DNA of 57,012 nt, taken from assembly GCA_964413755.1 (NCBI GenBank), contig CAYPTW010000001.1, positions 1 to 57,012 on the forward strand, read 5' to 3'. The stretch's first letter is position 1, and each line of letters begins with the position of its first letter. The stretch comes from an uncultured Thioalkalivibrio sp. Lineage in GTDB: Bacteria; Pseudomonadota; Gammaproteobacteria; Steroidobacterales; XN24. Shown here piece after piece: positions 1-11,166 of the stretch. The notes below the pieces were generated by a model. That model saw nothing but the letters and a program-made list of their open reading frames with translations. It searched no databases and had not been told where the DNA came from. The translations under genes were made by a program, and so were the position numbers.

Positions 1-514
1 GCCTTTCCAGGCGGCCGGACAGTGAGCCATCGATGACCAGGTCGCCGGCGCGGATAATCGCGCCGCCGAGCAGTTTCGCGTCGGTGTCGCAGTGCAGCCG
101 GACGTCGCGCCCGAGACGCTTCTTCAAGGAGGTGGCGAAGCTCTCCTGCTGGGCCGCGTCGAGTGCCACCGCGGACGTCACCTGTACGTCCACGACATTC
201 TCCGCCTCGGCGCGCAGCAGTTCGAACTCCGCCGCGATCTCCGGCAGCCAGGCCATGCGGTCGTTCTCGGCCAGCAGCTTGAGGAAGCTGGTGCCGTGGA
301 CGCCGGCGCCCTCGCCACAGAGCTCGATGAACAGCTCCGCCAGCGCCTCGCGCGTCACCGCCGGGTTGCCGATCAGCGCCTGCACGCGCTCGTCGGCGGC
401 GGCGATGGCGCCGCGGCCGAGGAACTCGGACCACGCCGCCAGCGCGTCCGCCTCATTGGCGATCTCGAACACCGCCCTGGCGTAGGGCCGCGCGACCGTC
501 ATCTTTTCTGCCAT
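1..514 (-). CDS. atpH: ATP synthase F1 subunit delta (3' end outside the window)
   Basis: Manual translation from the ATG at 514 gives MAEKMTVARPYA, the typical delta N-terminus. Lies directly downstream of atpF. Confidence 0.93.
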   Translation of the reverse strand, partial: MAEKMTVARPYARAVFEIANEADALAAWSEFLGRGAIAAADERVQALIGNPAVTREALAELFIELCGEGAGVHGTSFLKLLAENDRMAWLPEIAAEFELLRAEAENVVDVQVTSAVALDAAQQESFATSLKKRLGRDVRLHCDTDAKLLGGAIIRAGDLVIDGSLSGRLER

Positions 515-538
515 GGCTGCGCCTCTCCCCCGGCCGCG

Positions 539-1009
539 CTACAGCTGACCGGCCAGGCGGTCGAGCAGGTCGCGGTGGGCCGTGGCGTCGATCTCCTTCT
601 CGAGCAGCTGCTTCGCGCCCGTCAGGGCGATCGCTGCAACCTCGCCGCGCAGCGTCTCGCGCGCACGGTTGGTTTCCTGCTCGATCTCCGCCCGGGCCTG
701 CGCCAGCATGCGCTCGCCGGTAGCCTGGGCGTTCTCCTTCGCTTCCTCGACCAGCTCGGCGCCGCGGCGCTCCGCCTGCTCGATGATCTGCGCCGCCTGC
801 TGGCGCGCCTCGCGCAGGCGCTCCGCCACCTGGGCGTCGGCCTCCTCGAGCGCCTTCTGGCCGCGGTCCGCGGCTGCCAGGCCCTCGGCGATCCGGGCGC
901 GTCGTTCCTCCAGCGCCTGCATGACCGGCGGCCAGACGAACTTCTTGGTGAACCAGACGAAGACCAGGAAGGTCAGCATCTGGCCGAAGAGTGTCAGGTT
1001 AATGCCCAC
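539..1009 (-). CDS. atpF: ATP synthase F0 subunit b
   Basis: 156 aa, GTG start, [28 protein letters not shown]. One TM helix followed by a coiled coil; expected operon position. Confidence 0.97.
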   Translation of the reverse strand: MGINLTLFGQMLTFLVFVWFTKKFVWPPVMQALEERRARIAEGLAAADRGQKALEEADAQVAERLREARQQAAQIIEQAERRGAELVEEAKENAQATGERMLAQARAEIEQETNRARETLRGEVAAIALTGAKQLLEKEIDATAHRDLLDRLAGQL

Positions 1010-1060
1010 GATTCCGACTCCCGATCAGCTTGGTGTGCCGCCGGGGACGCGATGCGTCCC

Positions 1061-2527
<1,467 letters not shown>

Positions 2528-2557
2528 GCCGAGAAACCCGGCCCTCAAAGCCCGAGG

Positions 2558-2586
2558 ATTATAGCCAGATTCCGCAGTCGCAGCAA
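2558..2586 (-). promoter_or_regulatory. sigma70 promoter of the atp operon
   Basis: Minus strand TTGCTG (2586-2581), a 17 bp spacer, then TATAAT (2563-2558), upstream of atpI. Confidence 0.7.
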
Positions 2587-2646
2587 AGCCCGCAGGCCCT
2601 TTCGGCGGCACTTCTTGCCGCGCTGCGCTGTGGCGCGGGCCCACCT

Positions 2647-3522
2647 TTACTTAATGTGGCCGAGGATGCCCTCGAGCTCGTCGAGGCTGTTGTAACTGAC
2701 CACCAGCTTGCCGCGCCCGCTGGTCGTGTGTTGCAGCGCTACCCTGGCGCCGAGCTTGTCCGCCAGCTCGCCCTCGAGGCGGCGGATGTCCGGGTCGCGC
2801 GCCGGCGCCGGGCCGGCCTTCTGCGGCGGGGCCTGCAGCTTCTTCACCAGCCGCTCGGTCTCGCGCACCGAGAGGCCCTTTTTCACCACGTCGCGCGCGG
2901 CGGCGGCCTGGGCCTTGGGGTCGGCCAGGCCGAGCAGGGCACGCGCATGGCCCATTTCCAGCTGCCGCCGCTCCACCAGCGCCTTCACTTCGTCGCCCAG
3001 CTCCAGCAGGCGCAGCAGGTTGCTCACCGCGGCGCGGGAGCGGCCGACGGCCTCGGCGGCCTGCTGATGGGTCATCTCGAACTCGCGGATGAGGCGGTCC
3101 AGGGCGCGGGATTCTTCCAGCGGGTTGAGGTTCTCGCGCTGGATATTCTCGATCAGCGCCATGGCCACGGCGGCCTCGTCCGGCACGTCGCGCACGATCA
3201 CCGGGACCTTCTGCAGGCCGGCCAGCTGGGCGGCGCGCCAGCGGCGCTCGCCGGCGATGATCTCGAAGCGCACGCCTTCGGCAGTCTCGCGGATGGGGCG
3301 CACCACGATGGGCTGGACCACGCCCTGGGCCTTGATGGAGTCGGCCAGGTCTTCCAGCGATTCCTGGCGGATGTCGAGACGCGGCTGGTAGCGGCCGCGC
3401 TTCAGCAGCTCGACGGCCAGCTCCCGGTACTGCCCGGTATCGCGGCTCTCTGTGCTTTCCGCCCGCGCCGACGTCGACAGCAGGGCGTCCAGGCCGCGAC
3501 CGAGGCGTTTCTTGACGGCCAT
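2647..3522 (-). CDS. parB: Chromosome partitioning protein ParB
   Basis: KRLGRGLDALL N-terminal peptide, IIAGERRWRAA CTPase motif, ENIQRENLNPLEE and an HTH. Confidence 0.97.
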   Translation of the reverse strand: MAVKKRLGRGLDALLSTSARAESTESRDTGQYRELAVELLKRGRYQPRLDIRQESLEDLADSIKAQGVVQPIVVRPIRETAEGVRFEIIAGERRWRAAQLAGLQKVPVIVRDVPDEAAVAMALIENIQRENLNPLEESRALDRLIREFEMTHQQAAEAVGRSRAAVSNLLRLLELGDEVKALVERRQLEMGHARALLGLADPKAQAAAARDVVKKGLSVRETERLVKKLQAPPQKAGPAPARDPDIRRLEGELADKLGARVALQHTTSGRGKLVVSYNSLDELEGILGHIK

Positions 3523-3583
3523 GGGGCTCGAATCTCCGTGTAAGTCCAATCTTCCGCTACGCGGCGGCAGTGTACCGCAAGGC

Positions 3584-4366
3584 TCAGCCGTTACGCTGCG
3601 CCGCCTCGCCGCGACGGATCATCTCGCCGGCGAGCGCCAGGTAGGCCAGCGCACCACGGCTGGTCTTGTCGTGGAACAGCGCCGGCATGCCGAAACTCGG
3701 CGCCTCCGCGAGGCGCACGTTGCGCGGGATCACGGTGCGGAACACGCGTTCGCCGAAGTGCAGGATGAGCTGCGACGAGACCTCGTTGGCGAGGTTGTTG
3801 CGCGGGTCGAACATGGTGCGCAGGATGCCTTCGATACGCAGCTCCGGGTTCACCGCGTCGCGGATCTGCTCCACGGTGCCCACCAGGGCCGACAGTCCCT
3901 CCAGCGCGTAGTACTCGCACTGCATGGGGATCAGCACGCCGGTCGCGGCGGTGAGCGCGTTGACGGTCAGCATGTTGATCGAGGGCGGGCAGTCGATCAG
4001 CACGTAGTCGTAGTCCGCGGCGATGTCCTTGAGCGCCGTGCGCAGGCGGGTCTCGCGCCCGAACTCGTTGATCAGCCGCACCTCGGCGGTCGTCAGGTCG
4101 TCGTTGCCGGGAATCAGGTCGAAGCCGCCCGGATCGGTGCGTACCACGGCTGCGCGCGCCGGCGCCTCGCCCAGCAGCACGTCACAGGAGGAAGTCTCGA
4201 CCGCCCGCTTGTCCACGCCCGAGCCCATGGTGGCGTTGCCCTGGGGATCGAGGTCCACCAGCAGCACGCGGCGCTTCGTCGCCGTGAGCGAAGCGGCCAG
4301 GTTCACCGCGGTCGTGGTCTTGCCCACGCCGCCCTTCTGGTTGGCGATTGCCAGTATGCGGGTCAC
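3584..4366 (-). CDS. parA: Chromosome partitioning ATPase ParA/Soj
   Basis: GTG start overlaps the rsmG stop. Deviant Walker A NQKGGVGKTTT, plus DLDPQGNAT and IDCPPS. Confidence 0.97.
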   Translation of the reverse strand: MTRILAIANQKGGVGKTTTAVNLAASLTATKRRVLLVDLDPQGNATMGSGVDKRAVETSSCDVLLGEAPARAAVVRTDPGGFDLIPGNDDLTTAEVRLINEFGRETRLRTALKDIAADYDYVLIDCPPSINMLTVNALTAATGVLIPMQCEYYALEGLSALVGTVEQIRDAVNPELRIEGILRTMFDPRNNLANEVSSQLILHFGERVFRTVIPRNVRLAEAPSFGMPALFHDKTSRGALAYLALAGEMIRRGEAAQRNG

Positions 4367-5007
4367 TTGGGCGCTTCCTCGCGGCAGAATTCGAGCAGGT
4401 GCCGCTCGGCGCGCAGGCCCGGCACGGTGAGGCGATGCACGCTGTCGAGGCGCCAGCCGGGAGGCAGCGCCAACAGCTCGTTCTCCGGCAGCGTGCCCTT
4501 CATCGCCAGCAAGCGGCCACCCGGCTTGAGCTGGTGGCCGGCAGCGCGGATGAAATCGCCCACGGAAGCGAAGGCGCGGCTGACGACGCGGCAGAAGCCC
4601 TCGTCTTCCGCGTGGTCCTCGACGCGCGCGCGCACCACGCGCACGTTCTTCAGGCCGAGGCGGTCGACCGCGTGCTCGATGAAGCGGGTCTTCTTGCCGG
4701 AAGCGTCCAGCAGGACGAATTGCTGCCCGGGCCGCGCCATGGCGAGCACCAGGCCCGGCAGCCCGGCTCCGGTGCCGACGTCGAGCACCGGCCCCTCGTC
4801 CAGGAACGGCAACACCACCAGGCTGTCCAGCACGTGGCGCGTGACCATCTCTTCCGGGGCGCGCACCGCCGTGAGGTTGTAGGTGCCGTTCCACTTCTCC
4901 AGCAGCGCCACGTACTGCGCCAGCGCGGCGGCCAGCCCGGGGGGCTCCGCCAGGCGCAGGGCGGCCAGGCCGTGCTCGATCAGTTGCTGGATGCGGGATG
5001 TGTCCAC
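4363..5007 (-). CDS. rsmG: 16S rRNA m7G527 methyltransferase
   Basis: KWNGTYNLTA, RHVLDSL, LDVGTGAGLPG and VSRAF. Immediately upstream of parA. Confidence 0.96.
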   Translation of the reverse strand: MDTSRIQQLIEHGLAALRLAEPPGLAAALAQYVALLEKWNGTYNLTAVRAPEEMVTRHVLDSLVVLPFLDEGPVLDVGTGAGLPGLVLAMARPGQQFVLLDASGKKTRFIEHAVDRLGLKNVRVVRARVEDHAEDEGFCRVVSRAFASVGDFIRAAGHQLKPGGRLLAMKGTLPENELLALPPGWRLDSVHRLTVPGLRAERHLLEFCREEAPK

Positions 5008-5046
5008 CGGGACCCCTCGACGTGGGCCCGCAAGTATACCGAATCA

Positions 5047-5085
5047 ACCGGCCCCGCCGCGCCGCCTGGCACGGCCGGGGCCGGT
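5047..5085. terminator. GC-rich inverted repeat upstream of rsmG (possible terminator)
   Basis: ACCGGCCCCG (5047-5056) pairs with CGGGGCCGGT (5076-5085), with further inner pairing. No clear U-tract. A minus-strand TATACT follows at 5037-5032. Confidence 0.4.
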
Positions 5086-5104
5086 CGATGGCGCCGGGAC
5101 GGGG

Positions 5105-5449
5105 CTAGATCTCGAGCGGCTGGGGACGCTCAGTCTGACGCGGCGCCGCGGGCACCACTCCCGGCATGCCGCCCGGGGTCATGCCGTGCGCCCCGCGGCC
5201 GGAATACGGGCAATAGTTCATGTTGCGGTGCGCCTCGCGCTGGGCCGGGGTCATGCCCTCCCACAGGCGGCGCATCTCGGCCACGTGGGCCTCCTTCTCC
5301 GCCTCGCTCATGCCGTGGGCGGCGGGCACGCCGGCGAGCCGCTGCATCGAGCCGGCGCGCACCTCGGCGCTGTAGTTGTCCCAGGCGGTGGAACCCAGCC
5401 AGGCCAGCGACACCACGGCGGCGCCGGCGATGAAACCCTTCAGCTGCAT
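5105..5449 (-). CDS. Small exported hypothetical protein, Met/His-rich (weak DUF3106-like motif)
   Basis: GAGGAGA RBS, hydrophobic N-terminus and a WEGMTPAQR helical motif. Confidence 0.7.
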   Translation of the reverse strand: MQLKGFIAGAAVVSLAWLGSTAWDNYSAEVRAGSMQRLAGVPAAHGMSEAEKEAHVAEMRRLWEGMTPAQREAHRNMNYCPYSGRGAHGMTPGGMPGVVPAAPRQTERPQPLEI

Positions 5450-5534
5450 GGCACTCTCCTCGTCATAAGAATGTCTCGCAGGATTGTCTTCGTCGTCCGC
5501 CTGCGATCGGGTTCACCAGGCGCGGCCCGGGCGT

Positions 5535-6986
5535 TCAGCCGTCGACCAGCAGCGCCATGAACTCGTCCACCGGCGTCGCCTCGAGGCGCTGCTGGTCGGT
5601 GGATAGCGACTTCAGCGCCTTGAACTGGCGCTCGGACAGCTTGCCCTTCAGGCTTTGCTCGAACTTGCGCACCAGTGCCGGGATGCCCTCGGCGCGGCGC
5701 TTGCGGTGGCCTATGGGGTACTCGACTTCGACCCGGTCGGTGGAACTGCCGTCCTTGAAGATCACCTGCATCGCGTTGCCGATGTAGCGCTTGGCCGGGT
5801 CGTAGTAGTCGCGCGTGAAGCGCTCGTTCACGCGCACCGTCATCTTCTCGCGCAGCGCATCGATGCGCGGATCGCGCGCCACCTCGTCCTCGTAATCGGT
5901 CGCCGCCAGGCGGCCGAAGATGAGCGGGATGGCGGTCATGTACTGGATGCAATGGTCGCGATCGGCCGGGTTGTCCAGCGGCCCCGTCTTGTCGATGATC
6001 CGCGCGCCGGACTCCTGGGTCTCGATCACCACCTCTTTAACGTCGTCGAGGCGATCGTGCACTTCGGGATGCAGCGCCAGCGCCACCTCGACCGCCGTCT
6101 GGGCGTGAAACTCGGCCGGGAAGGAAATCTTGAACAGCACGTTCTCCATGACGTAGGTGCCGTAATCCTGCGGCACGGATAAGTCCTTGCCCTCGAACAG
6201 CACGTCCTGGAACCCCCATTGCGGCGCCGTCAGCGCCGAGGGATAGCCCATCTCCCCGCTGAGGGCCATCAACGCATGCCGCACGCCGCGGCTGGCAGCG
6301 TCGCCCGCCGCCCAGCTCTTGCGCGAGCCGGTGTTGGGCGCGTGGCGGTAGGTGCGCAGCGCGCCACCGTCGATCCACGCATTGGAGAGCGCGCTGATGA
6401 TCTGGGCGCGCGTGCCGCCCAGCATTTTCGTGGCCACCGCCGTGGACGCGATGCGCACCAGCAGCACATGGTCGAGACCTACCCGGTTGAAGCTGTTCTC
6501 CAGCGCCAGCACGCCCTGGATCTCGTGCGCCTTGATCATCGCCTCGAGCACCGTGCGCATGGTCAGCGGTGCGTCGCCTTCGGCACTGCGCTGGCGCGAC
6601 AGGTAGTCGGCCACGGCGAGGATGGCGCCGAGGTTGTCGGAGGGATGGCCCCACTCCGCCGCCAGCCAGGTGTCGTTGAAGTCCAGCCAGCGCACCAGGG
6701 CGCCGATGTTGAACGCGGCCTGCACCGGGTCGAGCTCCCAGTGCGTGCCGGGCACGCGCGCGCCGCCGGGCAGCGTGGCGCCCGGCACCACGGGGCCGAG
6801 CAGCCGGGTGCAGGCCGGGTAGTCCAGCGCCTGGAAGGCGCACGCCAGGCTGTCCTTCAGGCAGTAGCGTGCTGTCTCCAGCGCGGCGGCGCTGTCGATG
6901 ACGTAACTGTCGACGTAGTCGGCAATGCCGACCAGGACCGGGTCCGGATCCGGCCGCCTGGCCGAGCGCCTGTCTTCGCTGGACAT
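5535..6986 (-). CDS. prpD: 2-methylcitrate dehydratase
   Basis: [35 protein letters not shown] and [11 protein letters not shown]. Confidence 0.97.
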   Translation of the reverse strand: MSSEDRRSARRPDPDPVLVGIADYVDSYVIDSAAALETARYCLKDSLACAFQALDYPACTRLLGPVVPGATLPGGARVPGTHWELDPVQAAFNIGALVRWLDFNDTWLAAEWGHPSDNLGAILAVADYLSRQRSAEGDAPLTMRTVLEAMIKAHEIQGVLALENSFNRVGLDHVLLVRIASTAVATKMLGGTRAQIISALSNAWIDGGALRTYRHAPNTGSRKSWAAGDAASRGVRHALMALSGEMGYPSALTAPQWGFQDVLFEGKDLSVPQDYGTYVMENVLFKISFPAEFHAQTAVEVALALHPEVHDRLDDVKEVVIETQESGARIIDKTGPLDNPADRDHCIQYMTAIPLIFGRLAATDYEDEVARDPRIDALREKMTVRVNERFTRDYYDPAKRYIGNAMQVIFKDGSSTDRVEVEYPIGHRKRRAEGIPALVRKFEQSLKGKLSERQFKALKSLSTDQQRLEATPVDEFMALLVDG

Positions 6987-7026
6987 ATCGTCTGTTGCTC
7001 GACGCTTGCCGTTGCCGGCGACGCGT

Positions 7027-8151
7027 TCAGTCGCGCTCGGCGATCGGCTTCCAGGCCTGCAGGCCGGGACCGACGTAATCGGCGCCCGGGCGGATGAGGC
7101 GGTTGTTGGCGCGCTGCTCCATCACGTGCGCCGACCAGCCGGTGGTGCGCGAGCACACGAAAATCGGCGTGAACAACGGCGTCGGGATGCCCATGAAGTG
7201 GTACGCGCTGGCCGAGTAGAAGTCGGCGTTCGGGAACAGCTTCTTCTCGTCCCACATCACCTTCTCGATGGCCTCGGACACCGGGTAGATCACGGTGTCG
7301 CCGCGCTCCTCAGAGAGCTTCTTGGCGAAGGTCTTGATGACCTTGTTGCGCGGGTCGGAGGTGGTGTAGACACGGTGGCCGAAGCCCATGATCTTTTCTT
7401 TGGCTGCGAGCATGGCGCGCACGCCCTGGTCCGCCGCTGCGGCGCTGTCGAAGCGCTCGATCAGCTCCATCGCCGCCTCGTTGGCGCCGCCGTGCAGCGG
7501 CCCGCGCAGGGCGCCGATGGCGCCGGTGATGGCGGAGTGGAAATCCGACAGCGTGGCGGCGATGACGCGCGCAGTGAAAGTCGAGGCATTGAACTCGTGC
7601 TCCGCGTAGAGGATCAGCGAGACATCCAGCACGCGGCGGTGGAAGTCCGACGGTGCCTTGCCGTGCAGCAGGTGCAGGAAGTGCCCGGCGACGCTGTCGT
7701 CGTCGGTCACGGTATCGATGCGCACGCCGTCCTGGTGGAAGCGCCACCAGTACAGCAGCATGGAGGGAAAGGCCGCCAGCAAACGGTCCGCCACCAGCAC
7801 CTGCGGCTGGTTGTCGTTCTCCGGCTCGAAGTTGCCCAGCAGCGAGCAACCGCTGCGCAGCACGTCCATGGGATGCGCGTCGCCGGGGATCGCCTCCAGC
7901 GCCTGCTTCAAGGCGTCCGGCAGGTCGCGCAGGCCCTGCAGCCGGCTGATGAAGTCGGCCAGCTCGGCCTTGGTCGGCAGCTTGCCGTAATGCAACAGGT
8001 AGGCGACTTCTTCGAAGCACGCGTGCTCGGCCAGGTCGTAGATGTCGTAGCCGCGGTAGGTCAGGCCTGCGCCTTCCTTGCCCACGGTGCAGATCGCGGT
8101 TTCACCGGCGGTGACGCCCGCCAGGCCGCCTGCTTTCTTGTCCTTGCTCAT
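7027..8151 (-). CDS. prpC: 2-methylcitrate synthase
   Basis: Start trimmed to [13 protein letters not shown], an ATGA overlap with prpB. Motifs [20 protein letters not shown] and IMGFGHRVY. Confidence 0.96.
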   Translation of the reverse strand: MSKDKKAGGLAGVTAGETAICTVGKEGAGLTYRGYDIYDLAEHACFEEVAYLLHYGKLPTKAELADFISRLQGLRDLPDALKQALEAIPGDAHPMDVLRSGCSLLGNFEPENDNQPQVLVADRLLAAFPSMLLYWWRFHQDGVRIDTVTDDDSVAGHFLHLLHGKAPSDFHRRVLDVSLILYAEHEFNASTFTARVIAATLSDFHSAITGAIGALRGPLHGGANEAAMELIERFDSAAAADQGVRAMLAAKEKIMGFGHRVYTTSDPRNKVIKTFAKKLSEERGDTVIYPVSEAIEKVMWDEKKLFPNADFYSASAYHFMGIPTPLFTPIFVCSRTTGWSAHVMEQRANNRLIRPGADYVGPGLQAWKPIAERD

Positions 8152-9062
8152 TCTTTTTCTCCCTGGGTCGGTTGCGTCGCGCCGTCCGCCGCGAACAGCG
8201 CGTCGAGCTTCTGCTCGTAGTCGTGGTAGCCGAGCACGTCGTAGAGCTCGGCGCGGGTCTGCATGGCATCCAGCGACGCCCGCTGCGTACCCTCGCGGCG
8301 CAGGTCCTCGTACACCGCCAGCGCGGCCTTGCTCATGGCGCGGAAGGCCGACAGCGGGTAGAGCACCAGCTGTACGCCGGCTGCGCCGAGCTCCGTGGTG
8401 GTGAACAGCGGCGTCTTGCCGAACTCGGTGATGTTGCCCAGCACGGGCACGCTCACGGCCGCAGTGAACTGGCGGTACTCGTCGAGCGTGGTCAGCGCCT
8501 CGGCGAAGATCATGTCGGCGCCGGCCTCGACGTAGGCCTGGGCCCGCTCGATGGCCTGCGCCTGGCCTTCGACGGCGTGCGCATCGGTGCGCGCCATGAT
8601 GCCGAAGGCGGGGTCCGTGCGGCCGTCCACCGCGGCGCGGATGCGGTCGCACATCTCGGCAGACGGGACCAGGGCCTTGCCGGGCCGGTGGCCGCAGCGC
8701 TTCGCCGAGACCTGGTCCTCCAGGTGCAGGGCCGCAGCGCCGGCGCGGATCATTTCTTTGACCGTGCGCCCGATGTTGAAGGCAGTGCCCCACCCGGTAT
8801 CGGCGTCCACCAGCAGCGGCAGGTCGGTCGCTCCGGTGATACGCCGGATGTCCTCGCAGACGTCGTTGAGGCTGGTCATGCCGAGGTCCGGGAGGCCGAA
8901 GGAGGCGTTTGCCACGCCGGCCCCGGACAGGTAGAGGGCGCGGAACCCGGCGCGCTCCGCCAGCAGCGCGGAGTAGGCGTTGATGGTCCCGACCACCTGC
9001 AGCGGGCGTTCGGCCTCGAGGGCGGCGCGGAAGCGCACGCCGGCGGACTGGATGTCAGGCAT
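8148..9062 (-). CDS. prpB: Methylisocitrate lyase
   Basis: [25 protein letters not shown] catalytic loop and NITEFGKTP. Confidence 0.97.
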   Translation of the reverse strand: MPDIQSAGVRFRAALEAERPLQVVGTINAYSALLAERAGFRALYLSGAGVANASFGLPDLGMTSLNDVCEDIRRITGATDLPLLVDADTGWGTAFNIGRTVKEMIRAGAAALHLEDQVSAKRCGHRPGKALVPSAEMCDRIRAAVDGRTDPAFGIMARTDAHAVEGQAQAIERAQAYVEAGADMIFAEALTTLDEYRQFTAAVSVPVLGNITEFGKTPLFTTTELGAAGVQLVLYPLSAFRAMSKAALAVYEDLRREGTQRASLDAMQTRAELYDVLGYHDYEQKLDALFAADGATQPTQGEKE

Positions 9063-9135
9063 GTCTCACTCCGATGGGGCAGTGCACCATTCTAGCTCAT
9101 GCGGGCCGCGCTGCCGCGCTCCGGCCCGGTGCCAC

Positions 9136-10128
9136 TCAGGCGCGCAGGTCGATGAGCGTGCGGCCGCGCACCGCGCCGTCGATATAGGCGTCGAACGCGC
9201 CGGCAATATCGCTCAATGCGACCACATTGTCGGCGATCTGTTGCAAATGTCGCGGTTTCAGGTCGCTCGCCAGGCGCTGCCACACCTGCAGTCGCAGGTC
9301 GCGCGGGGTGGCCACCGAGTTGATGCCGAGGATGTTGGCGCCGCGCAGGATGAACGGCATCACCGTGGTGTGCAGCTCGTGGCTCTGCGCCAGGCCGATG
9401 CTGGCGATCGAACCCCACCAGTCCATGGTGCGGGTCAGCCAGGCGAGGGTCTCACCACCGAGGTTGTCCACCGCGCCGGCCCAGGTCGCTTTCTCCAGCG
9501 GGCGCGTGCCCATCTCGAACTCGCCGCGCACCAGGACCTCGGCGGCGCCCAGCTGGCGCAGGTAGTCCGCCGATTCAGCCTTGCCGGTGAGGGCGCTGAC
9601 GGCGTAGCCACGCCCTGCCAGCATGTCCAGCGCCAGGCTGCCCACGCCTCCGGTCGCCCCGGTGACGATCACCGGCCCCTTCTCCGGCGTCAGCCCGTTG
9701 TGCTCGAGGCGATGGATCGCCAGGCCGGCAGTGAACCCCGCCGTGCCGAGCTGCATCGCGGCGCGGGTATCGAGCCCGTCGGGCACGGGAATCACCCAGT
9801 CGGCGCGCACCCGGGAATACTCGGCATAGCCGCCATCGTGCTCCTCGCTCAGCCCGCAGCCCGTCACCAGCACCGGGTCGCCCGGCACGAACCGCGGGTC
9901 CTCGGAGCTGGCCACCTCGCCGGCCACGTCGATGCCGCCCACCAGGGGGAAGCGGCGCAGGATCCGCCCCTTGCCGGTAGCGGCCAGGGCGTCCTTGTAG
10001 TTGATGCTCGACCAGTGGCCGCGGATGACCACTTCGCCCGGCCCGAGGTCGTCCAGCGACAGGTCCTCGAGGCGCGCCTCGACGCCCTTGCCGGCCTGGT
10101 GGATGCGAAAAGCCTTGAAGTTACTCAT
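9136..10128 (-). CDS. acuI: Acryloyl-CoA reductase AcuI/YhdH family MDR oxidoreductase
   Basis: SSINYKDALA, GTAGFTA, VTGATGGVGS and TTVMPFILRG. Confidence 0.85.
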   Translation of the reverse strand: MSNFKAFRIHQAGKGVEARLEDLSLDDLGPGEVVIRGHWSSINYKDALAATGKGRILRRFPLVGGIDVAGEVASSEDPRFVPGDPVLVTGCGLSEEHDGGYAEYSRVRADWVIPVPDGLDTRAAMQLGTAGFTAGLAIHRLEHNGLTPEKGPVIVTGATGGVGSLALDMLAGRGYAVSALTGKAESADYLRQLGAAEVLVRGEFEMGTRPLEKATWAGAVDNLGGETLAWLTRTMDWWGSIASIGLAQSHELHTTVMPFILRGANILGINSVATPRDLRLQVWQRLASDLKPRHLQQIADNVVALSDIAGAFDAYIDGAVRGRTLIDLRA

Positions 10129-11078
10129 GCATGGTCTCCGTGTTGCAGCCAGTGGGCCAGGCCCTGCGCGTTCAGCGCCAGGTCCATGCGCAGCACTTCT
10201 TCGCGGAACTCGGGGTCGGGATCGACGCCGTGCTCGTCCAGGCGCCGGAAAGTCCAGTCGCGCAGCGCGTCGCGTATCGAAGTCTCCGGGTTTGCGTCGT
10301 CGCGTCGTGCCCGCGCAATCTCGACGTAGGCGTCGAGGTCGCGGTGCAGCTGCGGCGCCAGCGCCGCCGGAGCATGGACGCAGCTGAAGTGCGTCAGGAA
10401 CACCTGCGCCGGCTTGTAGGACAGGATGCGGTGGATGGTGGCGTGGGCCGCCTCGGGATCGAACTGCACCGGCGTGGTGGTGGGGAAGATGAAGGGGCCG
10501 GCATCGCTGTCCAGCTCGCGATAGGAGATGCCGAAGCAGTCGCCGGTGAAGACGCTGCCGGAGGCCGGGTCGACGATGCAGTAATGGTGGCGGGCATGGC
10601 CCTCCGTGTGGATGAATTCCACTTCCCGGTCGCCCAGCCGGAGGCGCTCACCGTCCTCCACGGTGCGAATCCGCTCGGACGGGATCGGGCGAATCTCGCC
10701 GTACAGGTCGCGGAAAGCCTCCTCGCCGTACACTGCGATGGAGCCCGCGATGAGCTTGGCCGGGTCTGCCATGTGCCGCGCTCCACGCGGGTGCAGCACG
10801 GCGGTGGCGTTCGGCAGCGCCGCCATCAGCTCTCCGGCCCCGCCCGCATGATCGAGGTGCACGTGCGTCACCCACACCCAGTCGACCTGTTCCGGGGCGA
10901 GGCCCTTCTCCTCCAGCGCCGCCAGCAACAGGGGCACCGAGTGCGTGGTGCCCGTGTCGACGAAGGCGGCGCGGTCACCCTGTACGACAAGGTGGCTGGC
11001 GTCCAGGCCGGGGCGCACGTACTCGGTGTCGATGGCCGTGATTCCCGCATCGAAATCGATCAGGCTGGGCTTGTGCAC
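10125..11078 (-). CDS. Metallo-beta-lactamase fold hydrolase
   Basis: THVHLDHAGG (HxHxDH), TEGHARHH and FTGD. GTG start with a GGAGAG RBS; stop overlaps the acuI ATG. Confidence 0.9.
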   Translation of the reverse strand: MHKPSLIDFDAGITAIDTEYVRPGLDASHLVVQGDRAAFVDTGTTHSVPLLLAALEEKGLAPEQVDWVWVTHVHLDHAGGAGELMAALPNATAVLHPRGARHMADPAKLIAGSIAVYGEEAFRDLYGEIRPIPSERIRTVEDGERLRLGDREVEFIHTEGHARHHYCIVDPASGSVFTGDCFGISYRELDSDAGPFIFPTTTPVQFDPEAAHATIHRILSYKPAQVFLTHFSCVHAPAALAPQLHRDLDAYVEIARARRDDANPETSIRDALRDWTFRRLDEHGVDPDPEFREEVLRMDLALNAQGLAHWLQHGDHA

Positions 11079-11166
11079 GTTCTCTCTCCCCCGCGAATTG
11101 ACTCCCGGCCCGACCGCCGGGAGGCCCCCGATTGTGTCCCTTCCGGCCGCCGCGAGCAAAAAGCCC

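Noticed and set aside
5067-5081. sigma54-like TGGCAC-N-GC sequence on the plus strand
   Set aside because: Poor -12 context, lies inside a GC hairpin, and points antisense to the neighbouring gene.
3584-8793. Apparent N-terminal extensions or fusions in the ORF track (parA 487 aa, prpC 588 aa; also dnaA, glnA, glyQ, secB, envC)
   Set aside because: Artefacts of taking the most upstream start. Homology, RBS and stop/start overlaps support the shorter coordinates given.
10125-11078. MBL-fold gene as an antibiotic resistance beta-lactamase
   Set aside because: No signal peptide, a metabolic operon context, and motifs of generic cytoplasmic MBL hydrolases.
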